Under the pieces are notes generated by a model that was not told the DNA's origin, did no database searches, and was given only the letters and a program-made list of their open reading frames with translations. Below, one piece after another: positions 28,902 through 36,720 of a DNA stretch of 64,000 bases; the stretch's first letter is position 1; each line of letters opens with the position of its first letter. Made by a program: the position numbers and the translations under genes. Where the stretch lies: positions 2,636 to 66,635 of IMG/VR virus record IMGVR_UViG_3300021138_001350, one strand, 5' to 3'. This stretch comes from a virus (taxonomy: Duplodnaviria; Caudoviricetes).

Positions 28902-29439
28902 AACAAGACAAAGGTTATTGAATAATGAAATTTATGCACTCAAAAAAGAAATAGCACAACTCAAAGCTAATAACTCATTGGAAGAACTTTTAAGAATTTA
29001 CTTAAACTCCCTTGAACCAAAGACAGAAGAAGTAGAAAGAGGATGGACTATAACAGATGCTAAAGAACAACCTACTTCCCCATCCATAGAGAAGATGGCA
29101 GATGCGTATAGAAAGTTTGCAATAGTTTATAAGGACTTTTCATTCTCAATAGAAAATGAAGATATGATTGAACAATATAAATTAAAATCAGATTTTCTAA
29201 TAGTGTTGCCGTATGATTTTTATTGGAACTTAGAAAGAGATATAATGACTACAAAGCATAATGAAAGAATGTACGATAAGGTTAACGCATTCATCGAAGG
29301 CTACAAAGCTAACAACCACTTGGAAGAATTAGAAAAGTGGACGGATGTACAATGCTACCATAATAATTCAAACGGCAGACATTATATTTTTAAAGATGAA
29401 TTACTGAAAAAGATTAATGAATTAAAAAATCAATCATGA
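28876..29439 (+). CDS. mosaic protein sharing modules with 26693..27661
   Basis: Near-identical nucleotide blocks; start uncertain (28876 or 28888). Confidence 0.7.
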   Translation: MRDVMQSYRTRQRLLNNEIYALKKEIAQLKANNSLEELLRIYLNSLEPKTEEVERGWTITDAKEQPTSPSIEKMADAYRKFAIVYKDFSFSIENEDMIEQYKLKSDFLIVLPYDFYWNLERDIMTTKHNERMYDKVNAFIEGYKANNHLEELEKWTDVQCYHNNSNGRHYIFKDELLKKINELKNQS

Positions 29440-29633
29440 TGTTAATAGAGAATGAATATGAAATAGGTGATATTGTTTATCTAAAAACAGAAAGAGAACA
29501 AACACCAAGAATTATAATAGCCATCTATGTTTATAAAAATGGGGAGTTATTATACAAAACGGCAAGTGGAGTTCAAACAAGTGAACATTATTCATTTGAA
29601 CTATCTAAAGAGAAAGATTTAATCAATATATAA
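29436..29633 (+). CDS. hypothetical protein (IGDIVYLK family)
   Basis: ATGA-coupled ORF. Confidence 0.7.
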   Translation: MMLIENEYEIGDIVYLKTEREQTPRIIIAIYVYKNGELLYKTASGVQTSEHYSFELSKEKDLINI

Positions 29634-29658
29634 AACCATAGACAGGGTTATCTGAATA
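29631..29658 (+). promoter_or_regulatory. conserved 28-bp leader element, copy 2
   Basis: TAAAACCATAGACAGGGTTATCTGAATA, 9 nt before ATG as in copy 1. Confidence 0.7.
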
Positions 29659-29667
29659 ACAAAACAC

Positions 29668-30024
29668 ATGAGTACATTTATTGAAAGACTACTACAAGAA
29701 GAGACAGAACTGAATGAGAAGATTTCTAAGTTAGAAAAATTCGCTGAATCAGAAGGATGGTACACAATTGATAGAGAGCAGAGAGGATTGTTGCTTATCC
29801 AATTAAAAGCAATGAGAACTTATGCTGAGATACTTAATATCAGATTAATTGATATTAATGAGAAAGAAGCTGAACAAAAAAATGTTAGTCCACTTGATGC
29901 ACCATCAGCACACCCACTTGATGTTTTATTGCGTGAACTTAAATGGGGTAGAAAAGCTGCACAACAACATTTAATTGACAAATGGATTGCAGAGTTAGAA
30001 TCTGACTTACCCCTAACCAAATAA
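29668..30024 (+). CDS. crAss001_48-like helical hairpin protein
   Basis: FIERL..E..EL.EKI.KL..F...LL..QL.AM..Y..IL..R. Confidence 0.75.
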   Translation: MSTFIERLLQEETELNEKISKLEKFAESEGWYTIDREQRGLLLIQLKAMRTYAEILNIRLIDINEKEAEQKNVSPLDAPSAHPLDVLLRELKWGRKAAQQHLIDKWIAELESDLPLTK

Positions 30025-30038
30025 AAAACAAAAGAGTT

Positions 30039-30308
30039 ATGAGTAACCTAGATAAGTTAATAGAATGGATGAAAGAAGAATTGAAAGCAGAAAATGATTT
30101 ATCTGATACCTCAATAGGGTATAGAATGGCTTTAAGAGATTGTGTAGTAAAAGCCAAACAACTCCAAAAAGAAGAACCTAAGACATATACACAAGAAGAA
30201 ATGGATAAGGCAATAGAACAAGCATGGATTTGGTCAACAAAGTATGCTAGAATTTTAACCCACCTAAAACAGCATGGTATATGCTCAAATACACAATCAA
30301 AAGATTAA
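30039..30308 (+). CDS. hypothetical protein
   Basis: ORF, AGTTATG start. Confidence 0.65.
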   Translation: MSNLDKLIEWMKEELKAENDLSDTSIGYRMALRDCVVKAKQLQKEEPKTYTQEEMDKAIEQAWIWSTKYARILTHLKQHGICSNTQSKD

Positions 30309-30415
30309 TCTGTATCTTATTCCATAGTAGAAGGAAATACTATATATGCATAGGACAATATTGGACAGGAATAGATTATCAATGTAAGAAATGTGGTAAT
30401 ATCTATAGAGAATAA
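30281..30415 (+). CDS. small Cys/His zinc-binding protein (44 aa)
   Basis: MLKYTIKRLICILFHS...YQCKKCG fills the gap. Confidence 0.55.
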   Translation: MLKYTIKRLICILFHSRRKYYICIGQYWTGIDYQCKKCGNIYRE

Positions 30416-30432
30416 AAAATAACAAAGTAGTT

Positions 30433-30645
30433 ATGCCTAACATATACCTTAAAACAAGTCCATTAGAATTTGAAGATATAAGAAGTGCTATGCACTGTTA
30501 TAAGCTTATATTTCAAATACCTAATCTAAAGAGAATAGATGGATATAATTCACCTCATGCAGTGTATAGGAATAGAGGTAACTTTAGAAGGTATGTTAAG
30601 ATGTTGCCAAGTAACGTAAAGAAAAGAGTAAAACTAAAAACTTAG
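30433..30645 (+). CDS. hypothetical protein
   Basis: ORF, AGTTATG start. Confidence 0.6.
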   Translation: MPNIYLKTSPLEFEDIRSAMHCYKLIFQIPNLKRIDGYNSPHAVYRNRGNFRRYVKMLPSNVKKRVKLKT

Positions 30646-30649
30646 TCGT

Positions 30650-30835
30650 ATGAATATATTCAAAAATGAACATCCAATCTTAGGTATTCTATACAAGATT
30701 ATTATAATTGCTTGCATAGGTAGTATACTAGTCTACAATCCAATCACATGTATTATATTGGTAGTAACAGTCATTTTATCGACTAATCACTTTTATAATC
30801 AAGACGATTGGTATTGGAAAGGAAACAAGGATTAA
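30650..30835 (+). CDS. small membrane protein
   Basis: Two hydrophobic segments. Confidence 0.6.
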   Translation: MNIFKNEHPILGILYKIIIIACIGSILVYNPITCIILVVTVILSTNHFYNQDDWYWKGNKD

Positions 30836-31106
30836 AGGTCTATAACTAAATTTATAGTTTGATAACTAATTCTTTAGTTGTAAAATTCCACCCACATAAA
30901 GAGTAGAATTGTTCAAGATCAGATGCTACCAAGGGGAGAACCATCCCCAGTTTTACACACGTTCTCACCACCAAACGATATCCAAAAATACGTATACAAA
31001 CTAACCAAAAGTTGTAAAAGCTGCCCATGAGCTCCCCATACGATGGTCTTTTATCTGTTTGGTACGGCCCGCCCGTTCCAACCCTGCTTGGATTCTAAAA
31101 TTCTCC

Positions 31107-31178
31107 ATTGGTAACCAATCAGTTATGAACGCTCCCTGCTTACGTTTGGTGATAAAGCATTGATTTCCAACCAGTTGC
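31107..31178. repeat. two copies of the 20-21 bp motif
   Basis: ATTGGTAACCAATCAGTTATG is the exact reverse complement of the 2828 copy; second copy at 31159. Confidence 0.85.
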
Positions 31179-31189
31179 GGTTTAAAATA

Positions 31190-31226
31190 AATTTTTTACT
31201 TTGACAGGATTGTTATACATTTACTT
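31190..31226 (+). promoter_or_regulatory. putative early promoter
   Basis: TTTTTT...TACATTTACT in the same position relative to the repeat cluster as at 2945 and 10463. Confidence 0.55.
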
Positions 31227-31257
31227 ATATTCATCACCACACCTAAAACCGCCTACT

Positions 31258-31611
31258 ATGTATAAAGCAATGGAATTCAACGAGTTAAGATACAATACCA
31301 GTCGTACAGAGCAAACCGTGTATAACGCGTTCTCTGCCAGTAAGTTACACGAGCCCAAATCAGGCAGTATGACAGTAGAGTGTACGGATTTTTTAGGAAG
31401 ACGCATATTGATGCACGCCAAGAATCGGCCGCAATTGTTGCAGGCCAACGCTTTCATGGCTCAGTTCAGAAAAGAAAGCAATATTATTAACGAGATCAAG
31501 GCGCAATACGCAGTTAAGAACGGTAAGTACATGCGCGTTAGACAGTTGAAGGCTGATTTAATCCAAGCAGGCCTTACGCCGCATACTGCTGAGTTGGTAA
31601 TCAATTCGTAG
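31258..31611 (+). CDS. hypothetical protein
   Basis: ATG at 31258 downstream of the promoter motif. Confidence 0.7.
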   Translation: MYKAMEFNELRYNTSRTEQTVYNAFSASKLHEPKSGSMTVECTDFLGRRILMHAKNRPQLLQANAFMAQFRKESNIINEIKAQYAVKNGKYMRVRQLKADLIQAGLTPHTAELVINS

Positions 31612-31682
31612 ACAATACCCAATGATTGTAGTTCACCAGTGCTCATTCGTAGATTATTTATAACATTTTAATACTTTTATTT

Positions 31683-31928
31683 ATGCCAAAAAAACAGCTT
31701 AATCCTAAGGATACTGCAAAAGCTATCTTTAATAAAATGCTTGACGGTATTGGATCTAATCGATGGGACTATTGTTGGAATGCGTGGAAAGGTACAGTTG
31801 CATTAAGGAATACTAAATTCTGTATTAAACAAATATTAGCTGCTCAACCAAATGATATCGTTTATTGGGAAGCTGTTCTATTGGAAGTTACTAAAGAGAA
31901 TTGCTATCCTCAGCTTATGAAGAAGTAA
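31683..31928 (+). CDS. PKEKA-family small protein
   Basis: NPKDTAKAIF...YWEAVLLEV. Confidence 0.65.
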   Translation: MPKKQLNPKDTAKAIFNKMLDGIGSNRWDYCWNAWKGTVALRNTKFCIKQILAAQPNDIVYWEAVLLEVTKENCYPQLMKK

Positions 31929-31971
31929 TTGAATTCCTATTATTTTTATTAACATTTTAATACTTTTATTT

Positions 31972-32370
31972 ATGCCATTAGCTAAGTTAATTATCGTTGA
32001 TCGTTTTGGTAACACAGTATTATCTAAGACATACATGTGTAATGATATTCAAGCAGCGAGTAAGAAGTTCGAAGCCAAATACCCGCAGTGTTGGGTGACC
32101 ATCGTACAAGTAGATACCAAAGGTAATGCTATTGTCAATGGTGATTTTTGCAGTCTGTGTCCATTGGATATGTGGAAGGACGAAGAGAAAGTTGCCAACG
32201 ATCTTATGACGTTCGACGAATACAGAGCGTATTGGTATCCAGAAAGACAGAAGGTACAGGACGCACTGAATCAGGAATTGAGCGAAGCTGAGTTAGAGAT
32301 GTTGGCGGAATTGGAAGCAGCTGACGATCAGTACAACCCATTCGCGGACGTATACGATGAAGAAGAATAG
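31972..32370 (+). CDS. hypothetical protein
   Basis: ORF; 28-bp leader identical to that of 31683. Confidence 0.7.
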   Translation: MPLAKLIIVDRFGNTVLSKTYMCNDIQAASKKFEAKYPQCWVTIVQVDTKGNAIVNGDFCSLCPLDMWKDEEKVANDLMTFDEYRAYWYPERQKVQDALNQELSEAELEMLAELEAADDQYNPFADVYDEEE

Positions 32371-32466
32371 TCGTTGCTTAGCAACTTAGTAAGGCGCAGG
32401 ATATCCAAAAGGTATTATTAAGAAGCGCCTTACTTTACATTCGAATCCTACCTCCACAGCATACAA

Positions 32467-32539
32467 GCACCTGTAGCCCAACGGGAGAGGCAATAGACTT
32501 AGAATCTATTCAGTGTCGGTTCGAATCCGACTAGGTGTA
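32467..32539 (+). tRNA. trnL: tRNA-Leu (anticodon UAG), short variable loop, CCA not encoded
   Basis: Acceptor GCACCTG/TAGGTGT, anticodon arm ATAGA-CTTAGAA-TCTAT, T arm GTCGG-TTCGAAT-CCGAC, discriminator A. Confidence 0.9.
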
Positions 32540-32617
32540 CATTTACATCATTTAAACAAAACGGGGTGGGTCAAAACTCACCTCATATATTCACCCAGTA
32601 ATAAAAATAAATAAGTT

Positions 32618-33283
32618 ATGAATCCTTTAGCAGTTGGTACAATAGTTAGATTATCAGAGTACGGTAGAAACCAATATCCTAATAATCCAAATGGTATAGA
32701 TAGTGATAATCCTCACTACATGAATGGTACTATTAAAAAATCCTATATTTTATGGACCGGCGGAACGCGTTACAAAGTGGATTGGGAAAACGGCCAACGC
32801 AATGATTACTATCAAGCTGATCTTGAGATCGTGTACGAGGGCAAATTGAAATGTTCTGAATCTTTGGTAGTGGATCCTAAATTTGCAAGAGCTGCTTACA
32901 AAGCTGCGTGTTCGAATTGGAAAGCTAAGCTACGTGAGGAATTTCCTAACTTCGAATTCGAACCCAAACCCCTTAGATTTGGTTCTATCATCAAGATCAT
33001 GTGCAATTCTAGATCCGGTTATCAGTCTGAAGGATTGTACAGAATCGTTAATTTAGCCGCCAATAAGATCATGTTGATTGGCATCGAATCTCATACAGCG
33101 TGGAAGACAGAACCAATAAAAGTACCTAATTCGTGTAACATTGACAAAGAAGTACTTGGAAAATACATTTCGCTTGACATCACAGGTGAAGATCCTAAAT
33201 ATTCTTTGGAGTGTACATTTGAGGTGGTTGAGTACGCAGTACGCTACACCGAGATTTTAAATTTCTCCAGCATCCAGGATTGA
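32618..33283 (+). CDS. mosaic hypothetical protein
   Basis: VDWENG..NDY module; AAYKAACSNWKAKL module shared with 11520. Confidence 0.75.
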   Translation: MNPLAVGTIVRLSEYGRNQYPNNPNGIDSDNPHYMNGTIKKSYILWTGGTRYKVDWENGQRNDYYQADLEIVYEGKLKCSESLVVDPKFARAAYKAACSNWKAKLREEFPNFEFEPKPLRFGSIIKIMCNSRSGYQSEGLYRIVNLAANKIMLIGIESHTAWKTEPIKVPNSCNIDKEVLGKYISLDITGEDPKYSLECTFEVVEYAVRYTEILNFSSIQD

Positions 33284-33344
33284 TTATATTTATATCCTAT
33301 TCAATTACATAAAGGCAGTATTGCCAACACTAGAAATTTAAGTT

Positions 33345-33596
33345 ATGAACGTTACATTCACAGAGAACAACAGACCAAGTACGTACAACAAATTGTCGTA
33401 CACCCAAAAGATCAGCCGCATCAACCGTAAGTTGAGAGTAGGTGATATCACCAAAGTGGCCGATATGACAGGCTACAGTACTACCCACGTATCAGACGTG
33501 ATTAGCGGTAAGTACAGCAACGATCGCATCGTCAATGAAGCTTACGACGTTACTCGTGGTAGAATCTCTAATGCAGAGAAGTTAGCAACAGTTTAA
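33345..33596 (+). CDS. small HTH DNA-binding protein
   Basis: ITKVADMTGYSTTHVSDVISGK (Cro/XRE-like); own promoter-like TATATTTA near 33285 and own terminator. Confidence 0.7.
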   Translation: MNVTFTENNRPSTYNKLSYTQKISRINRKLRVGDITKVADMTGYSTTHVSDVISGKYSNDRIVNEAYDVTRGRISNAEKLATV

Positions 33597-33619
33597 GTAG
33601 TTGCGGATTTATTGGTTAG

Positions 33620-33657
33620 AAAGGAGACAGTGCACTTAGTGTTTGTCTCCTTTTTTT
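33620..33657 (+). terminator. intrinsic terminator
   Basis: AAAGGAGACA...TGTCTCCTTT plus T run. Confidence 0.8.
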
Positions 33658-33699
33658 AGGAGCACTATACATCACAAATAAATTATAAAAATCAAAGTT

Positions 33700-34506
33700 A
33701 TGACAAAGTTATCACAGCCTACAGAAATTAAAGTATTGGACCTTAAGAAAGCAAAGGAACTTGCACCCGCAATTTTTGCTACCGAGCCCGCATCGTACAT
33801 CAATCTGAACCGTTACAAGTTCACACCAACCACGGACATCATCAACCACATGGATCAATTGGGTTGGAAGTTAACCAACGCAAAACAATCAAGGACAAAG
33901 GTGCCATTGAGATTGAATTACGGCGTACACATCACAGAGTTCCAGCATCCTGATCTGTACATCAAGGACACAACAGGTGCAATAGAGGCAAGACCTACTG
34001 TAGTACTGTTGAACAGCCACGATGGATCCAGACCAATTAACTTTGAGATGGGCCTATTCAGATTGGTATGCTCAAACGGTTTGATGGTTAAGGACAGAGA
34101 CTTCGGCGGATTCAAAGAGAGACACACCAAGTATACACTACAGGAAGTACAGAACATGATTGATCAGAAGATGGAGGGATTGAACGGTACAGTAGAGAAG
34201 ATCAACAGATGGACAGGTATAGAGATGAGTGCTAAGGACAGACGCGCCTTTGCAATAGAAGCATTGGCGTTAAGGATTGGAGAGGACAGACAAGCAGAGG
34301 ACTACGAGATCATGGAGATATTGAACCCACGCAGAGAGGCCGATGCACCCAATACCCTATGGCACACATTCAACAGGGTACAGGAGAACATCATCAGAGG
34401 CGGGTACCAGATGAACAACCGTACAGCGCGCCCAATCACCAACCCAATACAGGACATGGTATTGAACCAAGGTCTGTGGCAGTTGGCAGATGTGTACGCG
34501 TCGTAA
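33700..34506 (+). CDS. DUF932/DUF945 family protein
   Basis: APAIFA, LLNSHDGS, GLFRLVCSNGL, PRREAD..TLW.TFNRVQEN. Confidence 0.9.
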   Translation: MTKLSQPTEIKVLDLKKAKELAPAIFATEPASYINLNRYKFTPTTDIINHMDQLGWKLTNAKQSRTKVPLRLNYGVHITEFQHPDLYIKDTTGAIEARPTVVLLNSHDGSRPINFEMGLFRLVCSNGLMVKDRDFGGFKERHTKYTLQEVQNMIDQKMEGLNGTVEKINRWTGIEMSAKDRRAFAIEALALRIGEDRQAEDYEIMEILNPRREADAPNTLWHTFNRVQENIIRGGYQMNNRTARPITNPIQDMVLNQGLWQLADVYAS

Positions 34507-34525
34507 GCAATTTGCAAGTGACTCA

Positions 34526-34618
34526 CTAGTTTCTTGCTAGCATCTCGCTAGCAAGGCGCTAGCGTCCAGCAAAGTACTAGGTTGTTGTAGCTAGCGAGGG
34601 GGCCTAGGGGGCCCCTTC
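34526..34618. repeat. GC-rich element with seven CTAG palindromes and a strong hairpin
   Basis: CTAG at 34526, 34537, 34548, 34559, 34577, 34591, 34604; GAGGGGGCC/GGCCCCTTC stem. Confidence 0.75.
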
Positions 34619-34686
34619 ACTTAACCCATCACCGAGAATTCCCCAGTTTTCGCACCATCAAAAAAATATATCCAAATATACAACTT

Positions 34687-34896
34687 ATGGACATCAATTA
34701 TTACTTAGACGCCAACAACACAGACAGAACGCAAGAGGTAGAGGACATGTTTGATACCACATTGCAGGACATTACAGAGGATCCAGCATTAATCGCAGAA
34801 CTAGTGAACGATCTGTTGTTTCATTGGATACACGGTACCAGAGAAACTCCTTTAATGGTAATGGTTAAAAATAATTTCTTAGATTTAAACAAATAA
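34687..34896 (+). CDS. hypothetical protein
   Basis: ORF. Confidence 0.6.
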   Translation: MDINYYLDANNTDRTQEVEDMFDTTLQDITEDPALIAELVNDLLFHWIHGTRETPLMVMVKNNFLDLNK

Positions 34897-35065
34897 AAGT
34901 TATGTCAACAAGAGCAAAAGTAGTAGAGTTATTAGAAGCGTACGAAGTAGATCTATCGCCGATAGCAGAGTACGTGTTATACAATTATTTGGACAGTGCG
35001 ACTGCCTACGATATAGTTAAGAGTTATTTAGAGGACGAATTGGGAGAATCAATTTCAGAAGACTA

Positions 35066-35266
35066 ATGGAAACAATAACAGTTAAATATTACGCAGTGAC
35101 TAGACCGTACGGCCAGCCGAACGTAATTGGAGTGTTTGCAGACGATCAACAAGAGGCCGTAGACATTGCCAACAAAGCGTTTGGGCACTGTAATAATACC
35201 AGTGCAGTTTGCGTACAGGAAAACGTTACAAATCATTTTATAAAAGGGGCAATTATAACACCATGA
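35066..35266 (+). CDS. hypothetical protein
   Basis: TAATG-coupled ORF. Confidence 0.6.
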   Translation: METITVKYYAVTRPYGQPNVIGVFADDQQEAVDIANKAFGHCNNTSAVCVQENVTNHFIKGAIITP

Positions 35267-35484
35267 ATATACATACAGCACAAGAGTTTATACCAGAAAT
35301 TAATTTTATAATACAAAAAGATAATGAAAGAGCTTTTGTATATCAAATGATGATAGAGTTTGCTAAACTACATGTACAAGCTCAAACAGAAGCTATATTA
35401 ACCAGACTAGAACTTAGAGGAGAACACAGCACAATAGACAAGAACATTATCGCTAACGCTTACCCGTTATCAAACATAAAATAA
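35263..35484 (+). CDS. hypothetical protein
   Basis: MIEFAKLHV...AYPLSNIK motifs; ATGA overlap. Confidence 0.7.
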   Translation: MNIHTAQEFIPEINFIIQKDNERAFVYQMMIEFAKLHVQAQTEAILTRLELRGEHSTIDKNIIANAYPLSNIK

Positions 35485-35491
35485 ATAAGTT

Positions 35492-35692
35492 ATGAAAGTA
35501 TCAGAATTAAAACCAAATTTTTACCCGTTTGGAAACAAAGGCAACGTGTGGTCAAATACAGCGCACATCTACCAATCGGGCAAAGGCAACCTTTGTGGCA
35601 CTGCAGCATTGTCGTTTAATTACGCACAGGACGCAGAGGTCATAGGTTGCAAATCCTGCTTAGAGAAATATAACCAAATCAATAAAGCCTAA
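35492..35692 (+). CDS. small zinc-finger protein
   Basis: AHI...LCG...GCKSC. Confidence 0.65.
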   Translation: MKVSELKPNFYPFGNKGNVWSNTAHIYQSGKGNLCGTAALSFNYAQDAEVIGCKSCLEKYNQINKA

Positions 35693-35695
35693 AAT

Positions 35696-35926
35696 ATGAA
35701 GCACCCACTATTCGAAAACGCAAACCTACTAGAAGGTAACGTTGAGATCGATCTTACCGGTCCAGAAGGAAACGCATTCGTGCTGCTTGGGTACGCGTCC
35801 TCTTACGCCAAACAACTCGGCTTAGATAGTAAACAAATTAAAGATGAGATGACGTCGGGTGACTACGAGAATCTCATTAACACGTTTGATAAGTACTTTG
35901 GATCATTTATAACCCTATTAAGATAA
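35696..35926 (+). CDS. conserved phage protein (LTGPEGNAF family)
   Basis: IDLTGPEGNAFVLLG...MTSGDYENL. Confidence 0.8.
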   Translation: MKHPLFENANLLEGNVEIDLTGPEGNAFVLLGYASSYAKQLGLDSKQIKDEMTSGDYENLINTFDKYFGSFITLLR

Positions 35927-35942
35927 TAAAAAAATAAAAGTT

Positions 35943-36368
35943 ATGCAAAACACGTTAGACAAAATTCAAGAGTTGGCAATTGCCACAGAGCTTTCAATTA
36001 CCCAGGCCTTTCCTTCGATCTACAGCAAAGAGAACGTGCTAGTGATCGTTAACCAATTGGTGGCCGAAATACAAGAGATCGTTGCGGCCCAAGAAAAATC
36101 AGTAGAGTACACCCTTCCAAAGGAGTTGCAGTTAAAATTAATCGAGACTGTGTACAAAGACATTGCAGAGGATTTTGATAACGCTGATGCTAATGATTTT
36201 GTGGATATCGATTCTGCCGAATTTTCTATCGAGTACAACAACCAAGTTCAATTGGACAGAATTGACGCTGATACACGAAGGTTCATGAGAACAATAGAAT
36301 CGACCATTAACGGTGCTATTAACAAATTTTTTGAACAACCACAAATTTTGGCCGTAGATCAAAAGTAA
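35943..36368 (+). CDS. hypothetical protein
   Basis: ORF, AAAGTTATG start. Confidence 0.75.
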   Translation: MQNTLDKIQELAIATELSITQAFPSIYSKENVLVIVNQLVAEIQEIVAAQEKSVEYTLPKELQLKLIETVYKDIAEDFDNADANDFVDIDSAEFSIEYNNQVQLDRIDADTRRFMRTIESTINGAINKFFEQPQILAVDQK

Positions 36369-36469
36369 ACCGGGAGAAATTCCCAATTTTTGGCTTGTAC
36401 CAAATTGGATATTTGTATATACGGTACGGTATCCTTCGGGGATAATTAAAAACATTTAAAAACAAAAAT

Positions 36470-36715
36470 ATGGAACTATTAATTTGTATTGCAGTTTATC
36501 TGCTAAGCACACTATTTGTATGGAATTGGCTTAGAATTGCTTATTCCGAAAAGGGCTATTTTAAAGTGCTTAAGCCCGCTAGAACGGATTTTTTAATGAC
36601 CGTTTGCCCCGTACTAAATACGCTAGCGATGTTTGTACTTCTTTTTCTAAGGGATGGGCCTTACGAAGATAACAGTAGCGATTTTGTTAACAAATTCTTT
36701 AAGATTAAAAAATAA
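36470..36715 (+). CDS. membrane protein
   Basis: Two TM segments, CPVLNT. Confidence 0.7.
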   Translation: MELLICIAVYLLSTLFVWNWLRIAYSEKGYFKVLKPARTDFLMTVCPVLNTLAMFVLLFLRDGPYEDNSSDFVNKFFKIKK

Positions 36716-36720
36716 TTGAC

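Noticed and set aside
21326-32255. Diversity-generating retroelement TR/VR pair
   Set aside because: Mismatches are not adenine-specific, an indel is present and there is no reverse transcriptase in the window
32540-32600. tRNA-associated theta (HDV-like) ribozyme
   Set aside because: Only a simple hairpin GGGGTGGGT/ACTCACCTC follows the tRNA; no nested double pseudoknot could be built
36430-36446. TATCC-TTCG-GGGATA UUCG hairpin
   Set aside because: Short, probably a 5' stabilising hairpin after a promoter; nothing further to support
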